Positions 42,643 to 51,361 are shown, counted from the first letter of the stretch. The stretch: DNA of 64,000 nt from Winogradskyella sp. (GCF_028282165.1 NZ_JANQIM010000037.1:33982-97981); one strand, 5' to 3'. The notes: generated from the letters alone by a model not told the origin. Made by a program: numbers and translations.

Positions 42643-42649
42643 GACATAC

Positions 42650-43228
42650 TTAAACTAATTGATGTATCTGAGCATATTGAATCAGCATAATCGTTTTTGC
42701 ATCGATGATTTCTTCATTTTCTATCATTTCTATTGCTTTTTGAAATGGCAGTTCCAATAGTTCTATTTCTTCATGCTCACTTTCTAAACCACCACCATCA
42801 TTTGTTTTCATCTGGTCATTATATTCTGCAACAAACAAATACATCTTTTCAGTCAACGCACCTGGCGAGGTGTAAGCTGTTAACACTTGCTTGGCTTCTT
42901 CAATCTTATAGCCTACTTCTTCCTCAGTTTCCCTTATAATGGTTTGAAGGGGCGAATCGTTGCCGTCGATAGCACCAGCACAGACTTCAATGGACATACT
43001 ATCCTTGGGGTTGTTCTCATAAATTGGCATTCGGAATTGTTTAGTTAAAACAACGGTGCCTTTATTCTTGTTATATAATAAAATAGCAGCGCCATTGCCG
43101 CGATTATAGGTTTCACGTTTTAGGCGTTTCCATTCACCATTTTTAAATTGAAAATCGTACTCAATACGATCCAACTTCGCCCAATCGTGGGAGAGGTTGA
43201 TGTGTTCTATGTTTTTTATATTTTTCAT
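42650..43228 (-). CDS. Nudix hydrolase (NudF/NudK-like nucleoside-diphosphate-sugar pyrophosphatase)
   Basis: Nudix box GAIDGNDSPLQTIIRETEEEVGY (GX5[D]X7REUXEEXGU). The track start at 43273 overlaps the AAA gene; MKNIKNIEH at 43228 abuts the AAA stop instead. Confidence 0.8.
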   Translation of the reverse strand: MKNIKNIEHINLSHDWAKLDRIEYDFQFKNGEWKRLKRETYNRGNGAAILLYNKNKGTVVLTKQFRMPIYENNPKDSMSIEVCAGAIDGNDSPLQTIIRETEEEVGYKIEEAKQVLTAYTSPGALTEKMYLFVAEYNDQMKTNDGGGLESEHEEIELLELPFQKAIEMIENEEIIDAKTIMLIQYAQIHQLV

Positions 43229-43232
43229 GCGA

Positions 43233-45194
43233 TTAATCCAGCTTTTCAAAACGCGCTCTAGCTTCCGTTTCAATATTTAGTTGGTCAATTCTTGCATCGA
43301 CTTTACGTTTAAAGTCCGTATCTGCAATAGTAGCCACATTATCTAAATAGCGCACCACTTCTTGTCGTCTTATGTCACTAAAGTCAAGCCCTTTCATATT
43401 GGTACGCATCAATTCTTGTAGCATACCAAATTTGGTATCGTAATCTTTTTTGAAATAAATTTCAGGATTTTCGAACCAATCGGGTTCTAAATCAAAATCC
43501 GTTAATCGTAAGGACACCGCTTTTTGAATATTCCTTACATCGCGTGATGAAAAGAATGGAAATATCTTTTGAATCTCAGTATATAAATGCGCATAGAACA
43601 TATGGTCATCGTCATCATATTTCTTAGCAACCTTTTCAAAAGTATCAAGCACACGTTCTTCGGTAGGCTTATCTATTTTTTCTAAGATTTCACCAAGGTT
43701 CTTCGCCACTTTTTGGGCATCCAAAAAGTTGTAATCTTCAGGATTATCCATGTTAATAAAATTGGGCATGGTATCCTCCAGCTTTCGCCACCATAGGTAA
43801 TCTTGGTCTACAAAATCCTTTTCATTGCGTGCGCCATCTATTTTAAAACGACCTTGTACACGCGAAATCACGGCTTTATCTAACATTTCGGGCAAATTGG
43901 TGAACAAACCGACGGAGCTATTACCATAGTTAACAGCGTATGCACCTTCGGTATATCTTAAAAAGACACCGATAACTTCTTTCACACCTGCCGAGACGCC
44001 TTGTGTCGTTCGCTCTTGCAAATTATTTTCCGCATCATCAATAGGGGCAAAAATTAAGCGTGTTGGATCCTGTAAGGGTTTCATCCACTCTACCATCTTC
44101 TCTGCTGAGCCGCCTTGAAAAGTACTTACAATTGTATCTGGCATGGGATGAAACAAAAATGGAATTTCTAAATTCTCACTATGTTCCTTCAGTCGTGTAG
44201 CTATGGCGGCAATCAACATACTTTTCCCTGTACCTGGAATGCCATAGCCCATAAACACAGGCATAAAACCGCCCAACTCTTGGAAAGGATTCTTTTTGGC
44301 TTCAAAATCATAGCTCAAAAGACGCTCCGTTAAACGTCTAGCAAAGTGCTTTGCATCTTTATTTCCGACAATTTGCTCAAACTGTACTTTATTGAATTCT
44401 ACACTGACCGCTGTACCTTGAAAGACATTATTCCACCCATCAACCGCAAAATCGGAATTCTCTAGTTTATAAGCTCTATCTACAATGGTTTCAGTGTACT
44501 CTAGCGTACTTTTACGTAACTGAATTTCGTCAATTAAAGCTTCAAAATATACAACCGTAAAGTCAATAACATCTTGATCTGTCTTTATAATATCCGGATG
44601 CCCTAAATACTTGTCATAATAAAACAATTGACAAGAGATTCCTTTAAGTGGTGAAATTAAAGAGACCTCTGGAATACCGGCAAACTTCTGTTTCATTACC
44701 GATAAGTCGTCTGAAGCATGGGGTTTTAGATCATGCAAAATTTTATAGGCTGTAGCAAACAACATAAAGGCCGTGGCGGTTTGCATTTTGCTTTCATATT
44801 CTCGTTTTCCTGCATTGTCTAGAGCTGATCTATTTTCGTACAAGGTGGATAATCCCGAAGCATCATAATAACTATCCTTAATCCATAAGCCAAGTGTAAT
44901 ACCTTCTTGTACACCAAACAAAGCATGGTTGAGATGTATAGGAATTGCCACCGATTCTGGTAACAAGCGTTTCTTTAAGGCTAAAATGGTTTTTGAAACG
45001 GAGGTCACAGCAACACTACTGCCATTATTGGCTCTGGACAGATATAAAAGAATCGACTCATCCTTACCGTCATTATCCCTATTCTTAGCCCGTTGACTTT
45101 GCTCCCATTGAATGGACTTTAGGTAAGATGTCGCTTCATCACGAAGCATATCGAGTTCATTTTGTTTTATAGGAAAGGTTGAGTTGTGTTCCAT
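43233..45194 (-). CDS. AAA-family ATPase with a large unknown N-terminal domain
   Basis: 653 aa with a single AAA module (Walker A GIPGTGKS, probable Walker B LIFAPIDDAE, then TNLPEMLDKAVISRVQGRF). About 330 aa precede it without a recognisable family. Confidence 0.75.
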   Translation of the reverse strand: MEHNSTFPIKQNELDMLRDEATSYLKSIQWEQSQRAKNRDNDGKDESILLYLSRANNGSSVAVTSVSKTILALKKRLLPESVAIPIHLNHALFGVQEGITLGLWIKDSYYDASGLSTLYENRSALDNAGKREYESKMQTATAFMLFATAYKILHDLKPHASDDLSVMKQKFAGIPEVSLISPLKGISCQLFYYDKYLGHPDIIKTDQDVIDFTVVYFEALIDEIQLRKSTLEYTETIVDRAYKLENSDFAVDGWNNVFQGTAVSVEFNKVQFEQIVGNKDAKHFARRLTERLLSYDFEAKKNPFQELGGFMPVFMGYGIPGTGKSMLIAAIATRLKEHSENLEIPFLFHPMPDTIVSTFQGGSAEKMVEWMKPLQDPTRLIFAPIDDAENNLQERTTQGVSAGVKEVIGVFLRYTEGAYAVNYGNSSVGLFTNLPEMLDKAVISRVQGRFKIDGARNEKDFVDQDYLWWRKLEDTMPNFINMDNPEDYNFLDAQKVAKNLGEILEKIDKPTEERVLDTFEKVAKKYDDDDHMFYAHLYTEIQKIFPFFSSRDVRNIQKAVSLRLTDFDLEPDWFENPEIYFKKDYDTKFGMLQELMRTNMKGLDFSDIRRQEVVRYLDNVATIADTDFKRKVDARIDQLNIETEARARFEKLD

Positions 45195-45199
45195 CTGTT

Positions 45200-45233
45200 T
45201 AGTCTTCAGTTCGCAGTGCCCAGTCTACAGTCA
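45200..45233. repeat. heptamer array (YAGTNNN)x5, core CAGT, flank of four-helix-bundle gene 2
   Basis: tagt ctt cagt tcg cagt gcc cagt cta cagt cac. CAGT occurs at 45207, 45214, 45221 and 45228. Confidence 0.85.
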
Positions 45234-45239
45234 CTTTTA

Positions 45240-45608
45240 TTATTTAAATTTATCAGGGTTATTCATCATGTAGTGGATGAGTTTGCCTATTTCTTCGCTT
45301 TTTAAATGCAATTCATTCTTATCTTTTTCAGAAATATATTCGCAAGCTAATGCAAAGTCCAGCCACAATTGAGTCTCTGAGTTTTCACTATCAGCATCAG
45401 ACATTTTGCTTTTAAAATGTTTCTCATATTGTCGTTTTCTGTAGCCCTCTGCAATATTCGAACATACAGACCGACTCGATCTAACCATTTGCGATGTTAA
45501 TCCAAACATTTCAGATTTCGGAAACTGTTTAGTCAAATGAAAAATATCCATTGCTAGATTGAAACCTTTTTGATATGCTAATAATGTTTTAAATGACATA
45601 TTGCTCAA
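45240..45608 (-). CDS. four-helix-bundle protein (23S rRNA IVS protein family)
   Basis: 122 aa with ...AYQKGFNLAMDIF...QMVRSSRSVCSNIAEGY... It sits inside the operon, between the 348-aa gene and the AAA gene. Confidence 0.8.
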   Translation of the reverse strand: MSNMSFKTLLAYQKGFNLAMDIFHLTKQFPKSEMFGLTSQMVRSSRSVCSNIAEGYRKRQYEKHFKSKMSDADSENSETQLWLDFALACEYISEKDKNELHLKSEEIGKLIHYMMNNPDKFK

Positions 45609-45615
45609 TTCTCTT

Positions 45616-45650
45616 ACTGCATACTGCCAACTGAAACTGCATACTCATAT
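45616..45650. repeat. heptamer array with core ACTG (inverted relative to 45200-45233)
   Basis: actg cat actg cca actg aa actg cat actc ata tact. Periods are 7, 7, 6 and 7 nt. Confidence 0.8.
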
Positions 45651-45652
45651 AC

Positions 45653-46699
45653 TTACTTTTCAATTTTCAAATCCGCTAATTCAACTGGTGGAATAGCCAG
45701 GTTGTTCATAATCTCTGGTGTTTTATTGTACAATAACTGTATAATTCTATGTGGTGCAAATACATAGCGTTGTCTAAACGTATTCCCCCATTTTTGAAAG
45801 ACTTGCTTGCTAAAAAAACTCCCTTCCTTAAATTGGCTTTGCGAACTGAGTTCGTCTACCTTAAAGGATACTACAAAAGACTCAAGCGGTATGGTCTTCT
45901 TTGATATACCATCTAATATGGCATGGGTGACTTCGTTTTCATCCTTTGCAAATACATTATGAATTGGTCCCAGGTCTATGCGCCTTATCAACTTTGGCAA
46001 TACCTTGGGTAATCGCTTATCAATGGCATAAGCCATGGTATCTAAAGCCATTTCACGATCCGATGTGTTCTTTAAAACACTGTAAATCTCGTCCTTATAG
46101 CCTTGTACATCTTTTCCATCATAGTTAAAATACATGTAACAAATAAATGGTCTGTTGTGTGTGACGTCGTAAAAGCTCCAACTCACTAAATGCGCAGCAG
46201 GTGAACCCTTGGGTGCATCAATAATCTTGCCTTGCACGAAACGATTGAAAATATATTCCTTCCTTGCAGATGTATAATACACTATCGAAGCCGCCTGGAA
46301 TAACTTTCGTTTAGAAATAGGCTGTTTTTTTCGCATTAAGGTATCCAAGAATTCTTCTTTTAGAACATCAATATCTGTCAGTCTACTGAGAAACTCTTCC
46401 CTAAGTTCTAAATCATTGAACAAGTAACGGAACTCTAGATAATTTGGAAAACTAGAATCTGTTAGATCCACCTTCATATTCTCATCATCATCGTACATAT
46501 ACTTAACTCGCATAGCCTCAATTGAATACAATAGTAAATCTGTGTATTGCTTAAACAACAAAACCTCTTGCTGATTTAGTATTTGTTTGGCTTGAACAGC
46601 AGTTATGAGTTCTTTGAGCGTAAAATCTATCATTTTGTGATAGAATACATATTGCTCTTTAGAATCTAAAGTTGCTGAATCTAGTGGTGTTACAATCAT
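45653..46699 (-). CDS. hypothetical protein (348 aa), operon member
   Basis: Long ORF, co-directional with its neighbours. I recognise no family. Confidence 0.55.
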   Translation of the reverse strand: MIVTPLDSATLDSKEQYVFYHKMIDFTLKELITAVQAKQILNQQEVLLFKQYTDLLLYSIEAMRVKYMYDDDENMKVDLTDSSFPNYLEFRYLFNDLELREEFLSRLTDIDVLKEEFLDTLMRKKQPISKRKLFQAASIVYYTSARKEYIFNRFVQGKIIDAPKGSPAAHLVSWSFYDVTHNRPFICYMYFNYDGKDVQGYKDEIYSVLKNTSDREMALDTMAYAIDKRLPKVLPKLIRRIDLGPIHNVFAKDENEVTHAILDGISKKTIPLESFVVSFKVDELSSQSQFKEGSFFSKQVFQKWGNTFRQRYVFAPHRIIQLLYNKTPEIMNNLAIPPVELADLKIEK

Positions 46700-46703
46700 G
46701 GTT

Positions 46704-46723
46704 TAGTTCGCAGTTTGCAGTCA
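46704..46723. repeat. short heptamer array tagt tcg cagt ttg cagt cac (solo copy, same orientation and sequence type as 45200-45233)
   Basis: It shares agttcgcagt and the ending cagtcac with the 45200 array. Confidence 0.7.
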
Positions 46724-46777
46724 CAGGATGAGTTACATCGTTACTTTGACGGGATACTGTTTACTCATTGCTTTGAT

Positions 46778-48121
46778 TTACGACAGTAAATCGTCCTCAT
46801 TGACCTCTGGTTTTGGCTCACCTTCTGGCTCTCCTCCACCATCACTTGGTGCGTTTGGATCGGCATTATAGTATTCGGTAAAAATCTCTTTCATATCAAT
46901 ACCGTAGCGATCAGCAAAGTTCTTCTGAATTTCGGCATCCTTAGATCTAATATCCTTAAGTGCTTCGGCATAACTACCGTAAATGCCTTGCATCACCTTC
47001 TCATGTACTGGAATATTATCCATCATTTCTTGACGTGCCTTTGCACTAGCGGTATGCATTGCAGCCAATGTTTCACCAATATGTTCATCGGTTTTCACTC
47101 CTAAATGTTCTAAAATAGCCGCAAACTCCTGGTCTGTGCGTGCTTTTAAGGCCACAACATAGCCATCGTAATATTTTAAACGCTCATCGGTATCGGATTT
47201 AAGTTTAGCACGATGTGTCTGCAAATTACTTCTCAAAGAGGTCAATACCTTAATGGTTAAGTTATGCTTGTGAACAAAACTATCCTTAGAAGCTGCTAAA
47301 GTTGTGTAAGCATTTTTGAGACCTTCTAACTCTTCTACTTTTTGCTCGAGTTGTGTAACTTTCTCTAAAGCCTCTGAATATTCGGGCGATTGTTTATCGG
47401 CGACTTCTTCTAAGGCCTGTCTTGCTTGTTTTAAAAGTGCATATTGCTCTTCGAGCCTAGCTTCAACCTCTTCTTTCTTCTGGAGTGCTTTGGTATGATT
47501 GTTACTAGCTTCAACGATAGCTACTTTTAAACTCTCCTCTACTTCCTTAATTTCAAGCTCTCTATCCTTTAAACGTTTAATTGCTGCTTGGCTCTTAAAT
47601 GATAACTCATTTAGCAAGGTTTGTACATCTGCCGTTTCAATTCGCTGCTGAAACATAGCTTTCGCTCTATTATCGGCACCATCACGTTGTTTTTGGGCAG
47701 CAGCTAATTCGTCTTCTGCTTTCTTTATCTTGCTTTTACGTCCCCATAGATTATTCCACCAAGTATCTGGTTTGGCTTTTGCATCTTCTAGCTCAACTTT
47801 GGCTCGTTCTAAACGTCTAACGGCATCGTCAATGATTTTTTGCTCTGCGGCATTTAGTGCAGAAAAACCTTCGAACATAATCCCTACCTCGTCCTGATAA
47901 TCTGTTAAATCCTTAATAGCATCGAGAAGTGTTGTCCGATCTTTTTCGGCCATATCAACAACATTGTCTAAGGTGGCATTTAAGATTTTCTGACGACTTT
48001 CTGGATCATCCTCCTGAGCCAATTTAGACTTCATTTGGTCTATGGCTTTTCCCCAATTGACTTCTACTTTTTCAGTTTTTTCTTGCGAGTTAGTCTCTAA
48101 TAAATCAAAATCATCAGACAT
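46778..48121 (-). CDS. long coiled-coil protein with Gly/Pro/Glu-rich linker and acidic C-terminal tail; first gene of the operon
   Basis: 447 aa, almost entirely helical and heptad-like (e.g. KALQKKEEVEARLEEQYALLKQARQALEEV). The C-terminus is ...PSDGGGEPEGEPKPEVNEDDLLS. There are no TM segments. Confidence 0.6.
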   Translation of the reverse strand: MSDDFDLLETNSQEKTEKVEVNWGKAIDQMKSKLAQEDDPESRQKILNATLDNVVDMAEKDRTTLLDAIKDLTDYQDEVGIMFEGFSALNAAEQKIIDDAVRRLERAKVELEDAKAKPDTWWNNLWGRKSKIKKAEDELAAAQKQRDGADNRAKAMFQQRIETADVQTLLNELSFKSQAAIKRLKDRELEIKEVEESLKVAIVEASNNHTKALQKKEEVEARLEEQYALLKQARQALEEVADKQSPEYSEALEKVTQLEQKVEELEGLKNAYTTLAASKDSFVHKHNLTIKVLTSLRSNLQTHRAKLKSDTDERLKYYDGYVVALKARTDQEFAAILEHLGVKTDEHIGETLAAMHTASAKARQEMMDNIPVHEKVMQGIYGSYAEALKDIRSKDAEIQKNFADRYGIDMKEIFTEYYNADPNAPSDGGGEPEGEPKPEVNEDDLLS

Positions 48122-48440
48122 GTTATATCGTGTTATTTAGTTGAACAATTTTTAGGATAAGCAATTTCGGCAATTTTTTTAAGACTATAAAAACTTTACC
48201 ATCAAATTATATGTAGCATTAGTCATAAAATTGTTACACCATTTTAAATGTTGTTTATTGGCTAACCTCTTCACGAAAAACTAGTCTTTTCCCCATAAGT
48301 ATTAGCCTTATTCATTTAGAAAATGAAATAATCTTTCCTAATTATCACACACCAATGATTTTGTACTGTGCAAAAGTTGACAATTTTCTTGAAAAGATCG
48401 CTTTGGGTTGATATGATAGCATTATAAATGTTAAATTTTT

Positions 48441-48456
48441 AAGTTGTTAACAACTT
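48441..48456. promoter_or_regulatory. perfect 16-bp palindrome AAGTTGTTAACAACTT in a 500-bp intergenic region
   Basis: It is self-complementary over 16 nt and lies between divergent genes (operon start at 48121; small ORF at 48624). Confidence 0.3.
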
Positions 48457-48623
48457 AGCTAAATTGACCTTTTAGCCGAAAACACTGCGTTTCGTCGTAT
48501 TTTTTATCCGTTTTAACGATAAAATTGTTCAAAAGAAAAAGGTAAATTATTCAAAATAAAGTATTTGGCTTTGGTTTTTTTTCTATATTAGCACCATAGA
48601 ACCCAAATCTAACCGTATTTAAT

Positions 48624-48848
48624 ATGCTTAATAAACTGCTTTCCAAGGCTTTAATAGTGACTACCACACAACTAACTATGATATTGATAGCCGTTGCATC
48701 TATTTTCCTTGTATTCATAATTATTGCGATTATAAAGATGTATAAGTTAAAAGCGGAAAACAAGAAATTGATGGAAACCAATGCCTTTAAAGATGTTGAC
48801 GATACCTATAAAGATTTTACAAGTGGACATCTTTATGGTGATAATTAG
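48624..48848 (+). CDS. small single-TM protein
   Basis: 74 aa with the TM segment MILIAVASIFLVFIIIAII. It is followed by a strong terminator. Confidence 0.45.
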   Translation: MLNKLLSKALIVTTTQLTMILIAVASIFLVFIIIAIIKMYKLKAENKKLMETNAFKDVDDTYKDFTSGHLYGDN

Positions 48849-48862
48849 CAATAAAAAATATT

Positions 48863-48898
48863 AAAAAAAAAGGCTAGCGTTTGCTAGCCTTTTTTTTT
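48863..48898. terminator. bidirectional rho-independent terminator
   Basis: An A8 run, then aggctagc-gttt-gctagcct, then a T8 run, between convergent genes. Confidence 0.85.
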
Positions 48899-48913
48899 AA
48901 TAATGCCAAATCA

Positions 48914-50605
48914 TTATCTGACTAGCTTTTTATACTTGATACGCTTAGGCATAATGTCACTACCAAGTCGCTTCTTCTTGTTCTCTTCATAATCGCTAAA
49001 GCCGCCTTCAAAGAAATAGACTTGAGAATTACCTTCAAAAGCTAGGATATGTGTACAAATTCTATCTAAGAACCATCGATCGTGACTAATCACTACAGCG
49101 CAGCCTGCAAAGTTCTCCAAACCTTCTTCTAAAGCTCTTAATGTATTGACATCTAAATCATTGGTGGGCTCATCTAAAAGTAACACATTGCCTTCTTCTT
49201 TAAGGGTCATAGCCAAATGCAAGCGATTTCTTTCTCCTCCAGATAGTAGTTTTACTGTTTTATTTTGCTCACTTCCAGAAAAATTAAATCGGCTTAAATA
49301 AGCTCTTGAATTTACCTGTCTTCCACCCATCATTATCAACTCTTGTTCATCACTAAAGTTTTGCCAAATTGTCTTCTCGGGATCTATGTTTGCATGCTTT
49401 TGATCTACGTAAGCAATCTTAGCTGTTTCACCAACTTTAAACTCGCCCTTATCTGGAGCTTCTTCTCCCATTATCATTCTAAAAATAGTAGTCTTACCTG
49501 CACCATTTGGTCCAATAACGCCAACAATACCTGCCTGTGGCAAATTAAAATTTAAATCGTCATATAATAATTTATCGTCATAACCCTTGGCAACACCAAT
49601 AGCTTCTATAACATTTGTTCCCAAACGTGGCCCATTTGGTATGTAGATTTCTAGTTTTTCATCGAGCTGCTTTTGATCTTGATTCATCAGCTTGTCGTAA
49701 TTCTTCAAACGTGCTTTTTGCTTGGTTTGACGACCTTTAGCGCCTTGCCTCACCCATTCGAGCTCGCGCTCAAGTGTTTTTTGGCGCTTAGAGGCTGACT
49801 TACTTTCTTGTGCTAGCCGTTTAGACTTTTGGTCTAACCAGGAGGAATAGTTTCCTTTCCAAGGTATACCTTCTCCTCTATCGAGTTCTAAAATCCAACC
49901 TGCAACGTTATCTAAAAAGTATCTATCGTGAGTCACTGCTATAACAGTACCTTTATACTGCGCCAAATGGTGCTCGAGCCAATGAACAGATTCCGCATCT
50001 AAATGGTTAGTGGGCTCATCTAATAATAACACATCTGGTTCTTGCAGCAACAAACGGCATAAGGCCACTCGACGTCGCTCCCCACCAGAAAGCACACTAA
50101 TTTTCTTATCACCATCAGGGGTTCTCAGGGCATCCATGGCGATTTCAAGTTTCGTATCAAGTTCCCATGCATTTGTAGCATCGATTTGATCTTGAAGTTC
50201 GGCCTGGCGATTCATCAGCTTTTCCATTTTATCTGGATCACTGTAGACTTCCTCAAGACCAAACTGTTCATTTATGCTATTATACTCGTCCAGAATAGCT
50301 ACGGTTTCTGCCGCACCTTCCTTTACTATATCCATTACGGTTTTTTCGTCATCCAATTGCGGTTCTTGCTCTAAGTAGCCCACCGAATAATCCTGAGAAA
50401 ACACCACATCGCCTTGATAATTCTTATCGACACCCGCGATAATTTTTAGTAAGGTCGATTTCCCTGAACCATTAAGACCTAGGATACCTATTTTAGCACC
50501 ATAGAAAAAACTGAGATAAATATTTTTGAGTACTGGTGTATTAGCCGATTGAAATGTCTTGGTGACACCAGACATTGAAAAAATGACTTTTTTATCGTCG
50601 CTCAT
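48914..50605 (-). CDS. ettA: ABC-F ATPase, energy-dependent translational throttle protein
   Basis: 563 aa with two ABC cassettes (GLNGSGKST / GPNGAGKTT; LSGGERRRVAL / LSGGERNRLHL), no TM segments, and EttA-like length and N-terminus. Confidence 0.85.
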   Translation of the reverse strand: MSDDKKVIFSMSGVTKTFQSANTPVLKNIYLSFFYGAKIGILGLNGSGKSTLLKIIAGVDKNYQGDVVFSQDYSVGYLEQEPQLDDEKTVMDIVKEGAAETVAILDEYNSINEQFGLEEVYSDPDKMEKLMNRQAELQDQIDATNAWELDTKLEIAMDALRTPDGDKKISVLSGGERRRVALCRLLLQEPDVLLLDEPTNHLDAESVHWLEHHLAQYKGTVIAVTHDRYFLDNVAGWILELDRGEGIPWKGNYSSWLDQKSKRLAQESKSASKRQKTLERELEWVRQGAKGRQTKQKARLKNYDKLMNQDQKQLDEKLEIYIPNGPRLGTNVIEAIGVAKGYDDKLLYDDLNFNLPQAGIVGVIGPNGAGKTTIFRMIMGEEAPDKGEFKVGETAKIAYVDQKHANIDPEKTIWQNFSDEQELIMMGGRQVNSRAYLSRFNFSGSEQNKTVKLLSGGERNRLHLAMTLKEEGNVLLLDEPTNDLDVNTLRALEEGLENFAGCAVVISHDRWFLDRICTHILAFEGNSQVYFFEGGFSDYEENKKKRLGSDIMPKRIKYKKLVR

Positions 50606-50636
50606 TATGTGTTAGTTTATTGTATATTGTTTATAG
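50606..50636. repeat. T/A-rich ~7-nt periodic array (tatgtgt tagttta ttgtata ttgttta tag...)
   Basis: It flanks the disrupted four-helix-bundle gene. It shares the unit TTTATAG with the reverse complement of 51028-51056. Confidence 0.5.
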
Positions 50637-51024
50637 TTAATTATTGCTTTTTTTAAATTTTTGTCCTTTTATTTTTGAGTTTCTTAAATAGTACATTAAT
50701 GCGCCAATTTTATTTTTAACCGTTTCACACATTTCGGATAGTTTTTCAAAATCAGTTTGACTTATATAGCCTTTATCTAATAGACTTTAACTCGCTGGCA
50801 GATCCTTTGGAGTAACTCAGGAAGTTATGGAATTCTTTCGTTCCATCTCTATCAAAACCTTCTGCTATGTTATCCATAATCGAACCAGAACTTCCTTCCA
50901 TCTGATTTCTTAGCCTAGAGTTATTTATAATTTGAGTAGAATTAATAAGGGTATCGACAAACTGACAAATCTTCCTAGCTCTCTGCCAAACTTCCAAGTC
51001 CTCAAACTTTTCAATACGCGCCAT
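50637..51024 (-). pseudogene. disrupted four-helix-bundle (23S rRNA IVS family) gene
   Basis: The first 81 aa are family-typical (FEDLEVWQRARKI...GSIMDNIAEGF...SASELKS), then IR-stop at 50773. The family C-terminus (LLDKGYISQTDFEKLSEMCETVKNKIGALMYYL...) continues in another frame down to 50637. The E..YI spacing is about 5 aa shorter than in the two intact copies, suggesting a short out-of-frame deletion. Confidence 0.65.
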
Positions 51025-51027
51025 GGA

Positions 51028-51056
51028 CTATAAACCTTTGACTCTAAACATCTAAA
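51028..51056. repeat. ~7-nt periodic array ctataaa cctttga ctctaaa catctaaa
   Basis: It lies immediately upstream (in gene orientation) of the disrupted four-helix-bundle gene, inverted relative to 50606-50636. Confidence 0.45.
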
Positions 51057-51234
51057 CACGTCCTTTTAAAGCATTAAACACCCAAGCTATTGCAAAAAAA
51101 CCAATACCTACGGTTGCAAATCCCCAACCTGCAACATCATCGTATCGGTAAGCACCCATGAGAATCAATAAAACACCCATGATTATCATTAGTACCGTAG
51201 CCCAAGCAAGTACGGTATTTTTATTCATCGCCAT
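51052..51234 (-). CDS. small 2-TM membrane protein
   Basis: 60 aa with two hydrophobic helices. Confidence 0.4.
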   Translation of the reverse strand: MAMNKNTVLAWATVLMIIMGVLLILMGAYRYDDVAGWGFATVGIGFFAIAWVFNALKGRV

Positions 51235-51361
51235 AATCTTAAAATTTTAATTTAGATAGTTAGTTGGATCACAAATATCGTGAAATAAAGTTGATTTTTT
51301 TCACCTTCCAAAAGACAATGTCCCTCCTACTTCAAATTGGTTATTGGCAAGTGACTCTTGT

